Source: Selaginella moellendorffii (taxonomy: Eukaryota; Plantae; Lycopodiophyta). From it: a stretch of DNA of 31,450 bases. A program made the position numbers and the translations under genes. The DNA lies in contig NW_003314325.1 in assembly GCF_000143415.4 (NCBI RefSeq), forward strand, positions 618,794-650,243, given 5' to 3'. Below the pieces are notes generated by a model that saw only the letters and a program-made list of their open reading frames with translations, did not search any database and was not told the DNA's origin. Each line of letters begins with the position of its first letter. Position 1 is the first letter of the stretch. Positions 1-12,173 of the stretch are shown here, one piece after another.

Positions 1-2548
1 TAATTTTAAAAGATGATCATGATAATATTATATGGAAAACTAATAAATATTGTTTAGGATGTTTACTATTTGCTATTTTAACACTTGAAAATACTGGTGA
101 TCTAGTTGTTTCAAGTCATAAAGGTTCTTCAAAAACTATAATTTGGAATAATTAATTTGATATAAAATAAAATAAAATATAATTATATTATTAAAGGTTT
201 TTATTATAACACTATAGCCTGTATATAGTGCAAATGATATTTATTTGTAGAATGGTGAGATTTAATGAGTTAAATTTTTGATAAAATTGACTTCTAATTT
301 TATATTTTAGATCTGGATAAAGGTATGATGTTTAGTGGCTTCAATCTTCTAAAACATTATAAATAAAATTATTTTATTAAAATAAAAATATATTTCTTAC
401 TATGGCAGAACATAATATCTTATCAAGGACCTACAGTGTTCAATATAAAAGGTGGTTGTTTATTATATTATTTTATATTTTATACTATCATGTTTTTTGT
501 ACTTTTCCAAACCTCACATTCACTTAAAGCATTATTATTCATTATTTTTCTTTTCTTCTTTCCAAGGGATGATTAATCCAAAGAGATTTGGCTAGAGAAT
601 CTAGAGAGTAACCTCAATACTTGGCTATCTCTAATACTTTTTCACATGATAGCATTACTAGGCTTTTAAATGAGAATAAAGGATAGACTTTTATTTGTCC
701 AACGAATTGAAGCACTTAATATCCACCAATTAATCTATGTTTGTGATGGTTTTTTTTCCTGTATGGAGCAGCAATCACATGTCAATAGTATTGGTGATCA
801 TGTTAAAGGACCTTTAAAGCTCCAGGCTCGAGAAAGTATAAAAGTCCTCAGATTTGACTTACATATGTGAGACTGAGTCCAGCATTCTCAATAGCCTCAC
901 CTAGAAAGAAAATGAGAAGGATGCATTCTAGAAGAAAATAATATGGAAAATAAGCAAAGCAAGCATAATTGTTTTGTTCATCACTGGAGAAAGAAATTAA
1001 GTACACATAAGGAAACACAAAGACTGTGTATTTGTTTCAAGAGGTGGTGTTTCTTAATAAATATATAAATATAAATAAGTAATATGTTTATAAAAATAAA
1101 TATCCTTTAGCTTTTTACACTTCTAGGATACTACATAATCAAAGACCTCTGGCTAAAGCATGGATTGAATCTCTAGTTTACTATACTCTTATTATACACC
1201 ATCCTCCCCTCTGGATGGTATAAAAGATTATATATATCTAATATAATAAGCCATCATGCAACTAGATCCATAGGGCAATACTTTGTGTCGATTGTAGAAG
1301 TCCTTGCAACCTTAGGAATGCTATAAATCAGCAGCCCTTGCTCACCAATCCATGTGCTATGTTCATTCCCCAAGACCATTTTGTTTTAATCCTCATTTTT
1401 CTACCTCAATTCTGAATTTTCATTTTTTTGATAAAAAAGTGCTTCCATTATTAAGTTTCATTAACAATCAAATAGTCTTATATATCTTTATATTCACCTC
1501 ATAAAAACCATTAGTCACTATAGCCCATTCTACAGTTGCACACTTTGCCCTTTAACAATGTGACTGGATGGCTTTAAGGGTCATCAACACAGATGTTTAG
1601 TGAGATATATGTTCCTAACATTAATATAAATTATGTTCTCACTACATAATAAGGGATCTAGATCATCTATTTTCTCTTCTCGATATGCCTTATCATTAAG
1701 ATAGATCTAACATTGGATCAGAAGGGTTAGTGATCTTATTCATATTGTGATGATTGATAAAATTATCAACCTTAATTAAAATGAATTTTATAATTATATA
1801 TGTGAGTGCTTGGAATATAAGAATAGCCCCTGCTTATATACAAAAATGGATGGACTAGATTCAATCCCAAATGAACAATCAATATGCTATAGTACTATAA
1901 TTAGTTATACACACATATATTTACAAACCTTATACTATCCTCCCCTCTAGAAGATGACAATAAGTTAAGTGGAACATTTGGAACTTTTGCTAAGCAATTA
2001 CAAACTACTATAAAACCATTAACAAAGTTGTTGACAACTATGACTAAAACAAAACCCAAAGCCATGGCATAAATATTAGTTGATTACGAAATCCTGATAC
2101 ACCAATTGTAACTCCATGTGCAACTGCCAAATGTTTAAATCAATCATAAAGATATAACTTTGAACCAAAGTAAGGGACTTTGAGAACCACTGTAGTTTAT
2201 AAAATGCTATTGTAGCAAACAATACATCTTGCCTTCAAAGTTGCTTGCTAATAATCCTCTGAAACAATTGTTAACTCAGACTCATAACTATAAGTAGAAC
2301 CTGCCTCTATATCTTCTATTCGGTTAACATCTAACACTTATGTTAACTTAGATTTACAACTTTCGTCCTTATTTAACACTGCATATAGGAGGTTGCATTC
2401 ACTCTATTCATCCTTCACATCCTTTTTATCCCCTTCTCGAGGGAAAAAAAATTTCTGAAGTACTAGCTCTATTTGGACTCACTACACTTGTCCTTACTTT
2501 ATTATTTATATTCAACCTCACTTCACTATTGCATCTATGCAATTTCAC

Positions 2549-2685
2549 TACGTCAAAATTGGATATTCCATTCAGACTCACTGTATTCATCTTCATTCCA
2601 CATATTGTTTGTCCTTACGTCAAAATTGAATATTCCATTCGGACTCACTATATTCATCTTCATTCCACATATTGTTTGTCCTTAC
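2549..2685. repeat. Two-copy tandem repeat, period 67 bp
   Basis: Unit tacgtcaaaattg(g/a)atattccattc(a/g)gactcact(g/a)tattcatcttcattccacatattgtttgtcct starts at 2549 and again at 2616. Confidence 0.9.
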
Positions 2686-3568
2686 TTCACTATTGTATCC
2701 ACTTGTTTTTACTCCATCATCAGGTTGAACTCCCATCCATCCTTTTTACCCCCTCCTCCGAAGAAAAAAAGCTTGAAATGTTAGAGAAAAAAGGAGAAAA
2801 TGAGAAAAATTGAGGAAAAACTATTGTGGAAGAAGAAAAAGTGGATAAAGAAATATTGGAAGAAGAAGTTGCACTAGCTAACAATACAGAAATAAGGAAA
2901 TCAAAAGAGGAATATATGCTTAAAACTTGGAAAATAAAAGACTTCCTATAATAAAATACTTCAGCCACTACAATATAAGTAAATAATTCATACCACTTAA
3001 CCTCCTCAACATACAATTCAATACTTGAGATGGGAAAATTAATAATAATATCCACACTCTCAAGGGAATACATAAACTCTTTAACAATAATGGGCTCTTA
3101 ACAACACTAATAAATGGGGACACAATTTAAAATTCTGGCCAAAGTGATTCCAACCCTTAGAACATGGGAATACTTAATACTAGAATTGATTAAAGACTTT
3201 GTCAACAAAACAAAAGAAAAATTCTCAACTTCATGCACATACTCAACATCTAGATTAGTATAAAACACTCAATTCAACACTAGACTAAAAATGAGAATCA
3301 TAAGAGTAAAAAATAATTGATATGTTAGAAAAAAGAAATATTGCAAAGGAGGAAGGAACACTAAAAACATAAAAAAGTGGCTTAGGCCGAGAAATAAGAA
3401 AAGGTTGGGAAAGAGTAAAAGGTAAAAAAAAAAGATCATGTGGCAAATTAAAGAATTAACATCTACCCCTCAAAATCTTCATTTCATCTTTAAAGCTATT
3501 TTATAATAATCAAACTCATCATCACAATCCGAAATCCACTCAAGTTCATATATATTGTCTTTGTATAA

Positions 3569-3668
3569 NNNNNNNNNNNNNNNNNNNNNNNNNNNNNNNN
3601 NNNNNNNNNNNNNNNNNNNNNNNNNNNNNNNNNNNNNNNNNNNNNNNNNNNNNNNNNNNNNNNNNNNN
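3569..3668. other. Assembly gap (100 N, probably of unknown size)
   Basis: Run of exactly 100 N. Confidence 0.99.
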
Positions 3669-3865
3669 CTTTACGACATCACCACTGGGATGCACACACT
3701 TTGCAAAATAATGTTGTTCTATTCTTTTTGTTGCATTGGCTGTTGATAAATTACACGAGAAGGAAACACTAATCACACCAGAACAAACTTATAAATATCC
3801 TATAATATACCTAGATTCTTGGTATATTCCTTACACGCAATTTGAAATCTAGGGCTTAAGTGTTT

Positions 3866-5623
3866 ATGGCGTGCCACGGGCTCACGCCCTTCGAATCGAA
3901 CGAGCTGTCCAGCACGGCGGACCTGGTCTCTCCAGAAGAGGTAGCTACACCCGATCGATCTTTGCGATCTTAGCCAGGAATGCAGGTGAGGGCAAGGATC
4001 GAGGTCGTTGTCCGGCGATTCTTGGCCACTTTGATCTCTCATCGGCCCAGGATTATGCCGCTTTCCATGGCAAGATTTTCTTTCCCAGGTCCTTTAACGC
4101 AGCGAAGTGCTTGATTGTTGAATCTATCTCCAGGTCCGGAGGAATTGTAGCAACGTTTTGATGCAAAGGGGGCTACTGCAAGGCGATAACATCTTCCTGT
4201 CGCATCTAGACTCGACCCTGAGCTTCACAAAATCCGGGAGCATGAAGAGATACTTTCGAGGTAGTAACTTCCTTTCGCTTGCTTTTCTCTATGGTTTTCT
4301 CTTTTTGATTTTTCCTCTACAGTTTGGAAAATGCTGGAGCTCTGCTACCAGCTTCTTACGCTTGGCAAGAAAGCTACACAGCGGGAGATTTTCTACAGGC
4401 TTCTTTGCGACGCATCCGAGTACTTCCAGTGCCAGGAGCAAGTTAACAAAACCATCCGAGGCAGAGTTTAGTTTTTCTTAGCTGCTGGAGATGGCTGAAG
4501 CGAGAAAGCGAAAACTATGCACGCAGATGTGGTGGGAATCCTGAAATGCAGCCGCTACAGCCTGGGAATCCTCGCGTCAGCTAGAGGAGCTATCGTTGGT
4601 CGACTTGTCATTCAGGTACACCACGAGTTTGCCGGACATTTTTGTTTTGTTTCCATTCTTTCTCTCGTCAGGAACTCAACAGGGAACCTGTCGACTGCAC
4701 GAAGATTGGCATCAATGGCTACATAATCGATGGCGACTTGGAGCTGCTGCAGAACTTGACGCTTACATCCGATGCTCGATACATTCTCGTGATTGAGAAG
4801 GTAACTTTGCAAACAAATCGAGGCTTTAGGCTCGCTAAACTTCTTCCTTCTTTTTCCTTTTGTACAGGATGCCGTGTTCCAGCGGCTTTCAGAGGACCGA
4901 TTCTTTCAGACCATCCCAAGCATACTGATCACGGCAAAAGGATACCCCGACCTTGCATCAAGGTGAAGAGATTGATGTGATTTCATGGCTTTTCTGTTTT
5001 GATTTTCATCCTTGTTGTAGTACAGGGTCATGCTTCACAAGCTCCACAGAAGCTTCCCACTTCTGCCTATACTCGCACTGGTCGACTGGTACGTTCTGTC
5101 CATTTGGCAATGGAAATCTTTGCATTTTTTTTCTTTCCAGGAATCCTTGCGGCCTGGGAATTATTTGCACATACAAGTTTGGAAGCGTGGGAATGGGACT
5201 CGAAGCTCCTCATTACGGTACCAAAGCTTTCATTCGTTCTTTTTTTTTCTCTCTAGAAACAGAACATTCTTGCAGTGTGCGACGTCAAGTGGCTGGGTGT
5301 AAGCAGCGAGGATCTTCCTCGCATCCCTCCGGAATATTTCGTGGAGCTCTCCGCTCGCGATCGTCAGCTTGCGAAAGGCTTGCTTTCGTCGGCAATGCTC
5401 CAGGTGAAAGTTTCACAGTTTTTCTCTCGCTCCAGGACTGATAGTTTGCTTTTGCTTTGTTGCTTTGCGTTTAACGCATTAGAACCATCCTCGCTACAGG
5501 GAAGAATTGGAACGAATGATCCAAGCCGGCAAACGCGTGGAAATAGAAGCGCTCTACGCTCACGGCTACAAATCTTTGAGCAGCTACGTCGCCCAGAAGA
5601 TCGTCCAGATGAGATACTTTTGA
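3866..5623 (+). CDS. SPO11-2: Meiotic recombination protein SPO11-2 (TopoVIA-like), 11 exons
   Basis: Manually spliced exons: 3866-3940, 3986-4069, 4134-4260, 4323-4460, 4527-4615, 4672-4800, 4868-4962, 5026-5088, 5141-5217, 5276-5403, 5483-5623. The protein has VRARIEV, TQREIFY (catalytic Tyr), CSRYSLGILASARG, VIEKDAVFQRL and ITAKGYPD (Toprim), LVDWNPCG, KFGSVGMGLEA and EIEAL...KIVQ, collinear with plant SPO11-2. Confidence 0.93.
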
Positions 5624-5660
5624 TAGAGGAAGCTCTGTTTTGATAGAGGAAGCTCTGTTT
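5621..5660. repeat. 20-bp tandem duplication beginning at the SPO11-2 stop codon
   Basis: tgatagaggaagctctgttt occurs twice (5621-5640, 5641-5660). Confidence 0.9.
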
Positions 5661-5737
5661 TTAGGGTTCATGATAGAGCACGGCCTTTGGATTTCCCATG
5701 AATAACTTTGCCCATCATCTTATCTCGAGCTCTCTTC

Positions 5738-5746
5738 TATATTTAA
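5738..5746 (+). promoter_or_regulatory. Putative TATA box of the 4CL-like gene
   Basis: tatatttaa ~70 nt upstream of ATG 5814, followed by a pyrimidine-rich leader. Confidence 0.4.
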
Positions 5747-5813
5747 GAAGCCCCAATCTCTACCTAGGGGTCTATTTTTTCTTCTTCTTGGATTGAATCG
5801 CTTCTTTGGCGCC

Positions 5814-7753
5814 ATGGCGAGCGTCTTCGATCCAGCAACGGGAATCTACTCCAGCTGCCGCCCCGCATTGTCAATGCCATCGCCCGGTGCCACTGGAGGA
5901 ATCGTCCAGTTCTTGCTGGAGCGCACCAGCGATCCAGGGATTTCGAGCAAGCTGGCGCTAGTCGACGCGATCACGGGCGAGAGGGTGACATTCTCGCAGC
6001 TCCGGCGCAGGATCTCCGTCATTGCGCAGGGATTGATCGAGCTGGGGGTCCGCCGGGGCGACGTCGTGCTCATCCTGAGCCCGAATTCCATCCAGTTCGT
6101 GGAATCCTTCCTCGCGGTGATATTCGTCGGCGCGATCCTCACGACGGTGAATCCTCTCAACACCGCGGAAGAAATCGCCAAGCAGGCCAGGGATTCCTCC
6201 CCTAGCCTCGTCATCACGACGCTGGAGCTCGCGGACAAGGTCCAGCGCCTCGATCTTCCCAGCGTCATCATCGATCATCGCGATGGCTCGGTTCTTCCTC
6301 CAAGATCCATTCCCTACTCGTCGCTGCTGCGAGAATCGCCGATATTTCGAGACGGATCATCGATATCGGCGCCGATCGAGTCGAATCTCGATGACACAGT
6401 GGCGCTCCTCTACTCCTCTGGCACGACCGGCGTGAGCAAGGGCGTGATGCTGTCGCACAGGAACTTCCTCGCGGCGGCCGGGCAAGTGAACATGGATGCC
6501 GAGATGGAGGGCCGGGAGAACGATGTCCTGCTCGTCATGCTGCCGCTCTTCCACATCTTTGGCCTCGCCGTGAGCTACGCGTCACTCCAGAGGTCCGAGA
6601 CGGTGGTTATCCTGCCAAGGTTTGAGTTCCTCCACTTCCTCAAGAGCATCCAGGATTTTAGGGTTACGCAGCTCCCACTCGTCCCGCCAGTGGCGATCGC
6701 GCTCGCCAAGCATGCCGCGGTCGCCGATTACGACCTCTCCTCCATCAAGAATGTCATCTCTGGCGCTGCGCCTCTGGGCAAGGAGATCATGGAGGCGTGC
6801 TCTCGCCGCCTCCCTCTCGCGGATATCCGACAGGTACTCTCTCCTCTCTAGCGCTGGTTTGCTGAGATCTTCGAGTTTGCTCCAGGGCTATGGCCTGACT
6901 GAATCGACTGGAATGGCACTGCTCACACTTCCTGGAGAAGATCCACGATTCATGGGCGCTGCCGGGAGTTTGGTGTCTGGAACCGAGGCCATGGTGGTGG
7001 ATCCGGAGACGTGCAAGCCTGTCCCTCCTCAAAAATCTGGAGAACTTTGGCTGAGGGGTCAACAAATCATGAAAGGTGAGGTTCGAGCTCCACTCTCACA
7101 TCCCCTTTTGGACTAAGACCCTTGTCTTTTCTAATAGGCTATTTAAACAATCCAACAGCGACAGCCTCGACGATTGACGAGAATGGGTGGCTCCACACCG
7201 GAGACCTCGTCTACGTCAATCAAGGACGGTTCTTTGTCCTGGACAGGATGAAAGAGCTCATCAAGTACAAGGGATTCCAAGTATGTTATTCTATGCATTT
7301 TTGTTCACTTTCTCTCGCATACAATTGCTTATAAGCGATGGAAATCTCGCAGGTCGCCCCGGCTGAATTGGAAGCATTGCTACTGTCTCATCCTTCGCTC
7401 CTGGACGCTGCAGTAGTACCGTGAGTGACAATCCAAAGCTTCTCTCGAGTTCTTGTAACCATTGTTTTTTTCTTGGCCAGTCTCGCAGACGAAGAGGCGG
7501 GTCAAGTGCCAATAGCATATGTCGTGAAGAAACCCAACGCCACCGTGGATGAATCCAACGTCCTAAACTTCATTGCCAAACAAGTAAACCTCCATTTCTT
7601 TCTACCGCAAACCTTGGATTCTACGGTTTGTGTGTCCAGGTAGCTCCCTACAAGCGATTGAGACGCGTTTCTTTCATCGACGCGATCCCAAAGTCAGCGG
7701 CGGGGAAGATTTTGCGCCGCGAGCTAACAGCGCTCCCACAATCCAAGCTTTAA
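5814..7753 (+). CDS. 4-coumarate:CoA ligase-like acyl-activating enzyme, peroxisomal (4CLL/OPCL-type), 6 exons
   Basis: Exons: 5814-6833, 6886-7075, 7138-7280, 7353-7420, 7481-7583, 7640-7753. Motifs: AMP-binding box [29 protein letters not shown] (not the GEICIRG of canonical 4CL), [40 protein letters not shown]-terminal SKL is a PTS1 signal. Confidence 0.92.
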
Positions 7754-7799
7754 GAAAGGAGGTACGCCGTTTCGTTAGTCAGGGCGACGCGAAGAAAGT

Positions 7800-8030
7800 A
7801 TGTCCAAGGTGAGCGTTTTCCTGGCGAGCGGACACCACAAGCTCCACAAGTTCAAGCCCCCCGTGCGATGCGAGCTCGTTGTCTCGCGCCTCGAGAAGCT
7901 CTATGGCGTGGGGGATTTGTGCGACGAGGATGGCGATTCCATCGTCGACACTGCCGAGTTGGGCACCGGGAATTATACCTACACTGTGACTCATACACGA
8001 GATAGAGGCTGCTGCTTCTACGACCACTGA
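7800..8030 (+). CDS. Small (76 aa) intronless protein of unknown function
   Basis: ATG-started ORF with about three quarters of codons ending in G/C, like neighbouring exons and unlike the AT-rich sequence after 8030. No recognised family. Confidence 0.45.
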   Translation: MSKVSVFLASGHHKLHKFKPPVRCELVVSRLEKLYGVGDLCDEDGDSIVDTAELGTGNYTYTVTHTRDRGCCFYDH

Positions 8031-8193
8031 CCTAAAACACCAAACAAAGCGCGGGCGGGAAATCGCTTAAACAAAAGTTTAAAATTTTAAATTTGAAGGT
8101 GTTTGGCGCGCTTGGATAAATAAAAGTATATTCTCTAGTGTTATTTTCGAATTTGACCGCGAGGAGCGAAAGAAGGTTGTTCTCTCTCGCATG

Positions 8194-8289
8194 AATTGGC
8201 GTATTTTGTCATCACCGGCTGGAAGATCTCCACATCCGAATAAATTGGCGTAGTTTTGTCATCACCGGCTGGAAGATCTCCAAATCCGA
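8194..8289. repeat. ~49-bp tandem duplication covering the last codons, stop and start of the 3' UTR of the PP2C gene
   Basis: aattggcgta(g)ttttgtcatcaccggctggaagatctcca(c/a)atccga at 8194-8239 and 8243-8289. Confidence 0.9.
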
Positions 8290-11066
8290 CCCTCGAGAGA
8301 CACCACCATAACCGACAGATCGTCGTGGTACTTCCTTCGATCGCCCTGAGGGATGTCTAGCAAATCGTGGAACTCCATACCTGGCAGTATAGAACTCACA
8401 TCAAAACTATTGGAAAACACGCTGCTTGATTCGATCACTTACCGGCCTTTCTGGCTGCGCGGAAGAGAACCTCCTCGATCAAATACTGGGCGGGGTCGCC
8501 GTCCGGGAACTTGTCCATGAACCATTCCACGTAAGAAACCACCTCGTCGTTGGTGAGGTACTGGTAAAGCCCGTCCGATGACAAGACCAGGAATTGGTCT
8601 TGCGGGCAGAGCTTATGGTGGTGGAGATGTGGTATGCACGATATGTAGGGAGCGCTCCCCACAAATTGGACACGAAACACCTCCAGCAATGCATCGTTCC
8701 ACTTTGGCTGCATCAAACAAACGAGAAAGTATGAATACCCTTTTGGAAAGAAAAGAAAAGAAAAAGAGAGAAAAGATACTAACCTGTTTGAGATACCCAG
8801 CGCCAAACGCTCGAGTGACTGCCAGCTTCCCCTTGACACGGTCGTTCACAATCGACGACGTATCATCCGGATGCGCAGATCGTATCTTCCCTGCTTCCTG
8901 GAAGCAACGAAAAGAGCAACCAAACCATCAGCCAGAGCGGCAGGGAATATAATCGCCTGTCCTCACCTCTGGAACGCGTGTGCTGTGGTCGAGAGAAAGC
9001 TGCAACGCGCCCAGCGTTGCCGAAACAGGGGGAGGCCCCGCTGCGTCGTCGCCCGCGCCGTGCGCTTCAAACGCCGCCAGCTCCATGGGCGTCTCCTCCA
9101 CAATCCTCTCGAGCTCCAGGTCCTGGCTTCCGGGCCTCTGCCTTGCCGAGCTCTCAAAAGTAACGGCCTTCCTGTGCTGTGCTAAAACAGCGCGACTATC
9201 CCCAACGTTCAATATGTACACGTCCTCGTCCTTCATCAGCATCACCAGAACGCACGAGCCGATGAGAGCCAGCTCCGGGTTCTCCTCGAACATCTCGTCG
9301 ATCATGTCCAAGTAGGACTCCTCCGTGGCCTCCAAGGCCCGCGCCAGCGCCTTGAGGACCGCAGCGTGATTTACAGCACCCCTCCCATGCAGCCTCTGCC
9401 GCTGCTCCTCCCGCTCCTTCTCCGACTTTATTCTCTCCTGCTCCCACTCGTACCTATACTGAAGAATCCGCCGCTGGTTCATCCGCTTCCGCCTATTGTA
9501 AACCTTCCTGAATCTAGTGCTAAGCGACCGCATGTTGATCGGCTTAACTGTAGCGGCGTGATGATCACCAGCTGGCCCGTTTGCTTGACCAGCTGTACCA
9601 TTTGGCTTAGTGCCGCCGTCTTCATTCCTCTGACACAGAGTCCCGCAACCATCGCCAGCTTTGCACCCAAACCTTTCGCAGTCAAGCTCATTGACGTCAA
9701 TCCCGTTGACAGAGCCATTGTGCGCATCCCACCTACGGATTTCTGCTCCAAGGTCAGACACTTTAGCCTGACTTAATCCACGAGAATCTACCCGCTGCAG
9801 ACGATCATCATCCCCGTTGCTGGTCGCGTGGTTTTCGTTTTCCTCGTCCTTCTGCTCGCCTGGAGCTTCCGGCTTTCTCTCCGCCAGATTGTGATCAACT
9901 TTGGACGTCGGTCTCCTATGCCGCGGCGGGAGCTGGAACGCCTTCTTCTGATCCCAAAGCAGCCCCTTAAGCTCCCTGTAAATCGCGGGATAAAGATTGC
10001 TCATAAGGTAGTCTGTAGCGTCCGGTCCACTGAACCCGTCGTATATGCCAACGAACAGCCATCCATGTTCCTCTGATAGGACAACATGAACTCTATCTTC
10101 ACCAGCTTTCCCTTGAGCCCAGTGAAGGTTATGGCTCTCAATTCCGTCTGCGTCGGAAAATTCCCCGTTTGATTGCGGGGAATCCAGAAAGGACCTCAGA
10201 TCCCTCCGCTCGTCGCTGTTACCTGTTCTTGTCTCCCTGGACGCGAAGCTCTTCATAGGCGCCACCACTGACCTGTTCGTGCGTGTCAAATTCGAAACTG
10301 TTCTCGTGAGAGCCTTCTTCACGGGATCCCCAACCGTCTTCATGATCCTCGCCAGGGATTTCCTGCGCTTTCTCATGTAAGCCGACATTGGAACCGCCAG
10401 TGGAGCCGAGAAGGTGGTGCGGTCGACCGGCTCAAACGGGCCAGAGTTGTAAGCCCTGTCCAGAGGGCCGGACATGAACCCCCGCTCTATCGGACCCGAC
10501 ATGAATCCCCGCTCAAGAGGACCCGACGCCGAGACAAATCCTCCCCTTTCGAGAGGACCCGAGCACGGTCCAGACAGAGGCCCCGACATAGGCCCCGAGA
10601 ACGAGACCCCCCGCGGGATAGGCTGCAACGGGAGAGCACTGAACGACGGCGTGCTCTCGAAGGTCGCTGCCCGCTCGTTGGCGAAACAATTGTTAAACTG
10701 TTCGTGGTAGACGATCGAGCGCGGAGCCGCTGTATTGGCACTCACGGAAGCCCCCGAGATGCTCTTGAAGGAAGTCTCCGAGATGCTCTTGGACTTCTCG
10801 GTTCCAGATTCCTGGTGCTGCTGGAGCTGCTGCTGTAGTGGGTCTTGACCTTGAGTGTCCGATCCAATGCTGCTCGACTCATGATTGAATTCGGCATCCC
10901 CAGCTTCGCCGGGCGACAAGTCTTCGAGGGAATCCACCACGGGCCGGACGTAGCAAAAGGAATGGCCCAGCCCCTCATCCAGCGGATCCGTGAATAGTGC
11001 CGCCACTGCATCGTGCTGGCTCTTGGGAACGAAGCAGCAAACCACTCGCGACACACTGTTGCCCAT
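8262..11066 (-). CDS. PLL: Protein phosphatase 2C, POLTERGEIST/PLL clade, 4 exons
   Basis: Exons: 11066-8967, 8897-8784, 8707-8443, 8380-8262. Starts [12 protein letters not shown] (myristoylation/S-acylation). Contains [24 protein letters not shown], repeated SGP(L/I)(E/D)[56 protein letters not shown] and [10 protein letters not shown], and ends GRIWRSSSR*. Confidence 0.93.
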
Positions 11067-12156
11067 CACATTCTCCTCCTCGAGTAGCCTCCCACTCCTC
11101 TGTCCAAGCCTGCTACTAGAAACCCACTGCCCGGCCAATCCCCCTCTTGGCTAGAAGCAATAAAGGTGGAGGATCCCAACATACTGACCCCTTTGTGCCT
11201 TCCTATAGCCCGCGAAGCCCCTGGGATCGTGTCTCGTGTAGATGCCACGAAGAAGACGAAGTCGAGGGAGTAGCGCTCACTGCCAGCGGGGGCTGTTGAC
11301 GAAGCCGAGTAGTCGTTCTTGGCGGGCCCATTGGAGCGAGTGGATCCCAGCAGCAACCTAAGTCCCACAGATCTTCCACATCGAATGCTCGAGCCGAGCC
11401 AAGCATGCCAGTGCTGCCGCTGCCAATCATCCCCGACGAGGCACCGACAGTCGCATCAGAGCTAGAGAGGAGGCGAAAAGGACCCCGAAATACCTCGATT
11501 CTCGCGACGGCGCCGCTCGAATCCGCGCCCGCGCGGCGCGTATCGATCGATCGCGAGTGAGAGCAGCGGTACCTCTTCTGGACGCGCAATCGCCCCGGCG
11601 CTGGCGTCGGGAGGGATCCAGCATCGATATTTCGGGGCGCTCCAGCCGCCGCCGCCGATCCGCCCGACCGATCGATCCGGCCAAACCCTGGGCGCCAAGA
11701 ACACGAAGAAGTAAAACAAGGGCAATGAAGACGCAATGAAGGCAACTAAGAACACTTGAAGTTTCCACCGTGAGTGAGAGCGCAAGAAAGAAAAAAAAGA
11801 AAAAAAAAAAATGGGCACGAAAATAATAAAAGGATGACCGGCCGGTCATTTGATTTTTCCCGCCGGACGTCCACGTGTCAGGCGGCAGTAGACTTTTAGC
11901 GGGCTCGTGGTCAAACGCGTACGGCCGGGCCATTTTTTTTGCGCCATCGCGGGACAAAACCATGTAATGTAGTATAGTTCCATAGGGTCGTACGGCACAG
12001 TGGCCAGTATGCTTTGGAGGCTTGCGTTGCGTCCCTTTAGAAAATATTGGGGCTGGTTTGTCGTGGTTTTGGTCGCGTTGTGTAAAGTCCTGGGCTGAAT
12101 ATTCGACTGGAGAACTTTTGTCAAAGCAAACCAAATCCGTGAGGGGCGACGCATTC

Positions 12157-12173
12157 ACACACACACACACACA
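12157..12173. repeat. (CA)n microsatellite
   Basis: cacacacacacacacac(a). Confidence 0.85.

Noticed and set aside
1-3568. Protein-coding genes or a classifiable transposon in the AT-rich left block
   Set aside because: Only short, stop-riddled ORFs. It is probably decayed repeat sequence, but no motif was convincing enough to name.
5793-7753. Canonical lignin-pathway 4CL
   Set aside because: GELWLRG instead of GEICIRG and a C-terminal SKL point to the peroxisomal 4CL-like clade.
11067-11138. N-terminal extension of the PP2C ORF shown in the ORF track
   Set aside because: It starts at a non-ATG codon. The MGN myristoylation start at 11066 matches the family.
11066-12170. Several long overlapping ORFs upstream of PLL
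   Set aside because: GC-rich leader/promoter sequence with low-complexity translations and no recognisable motifs.
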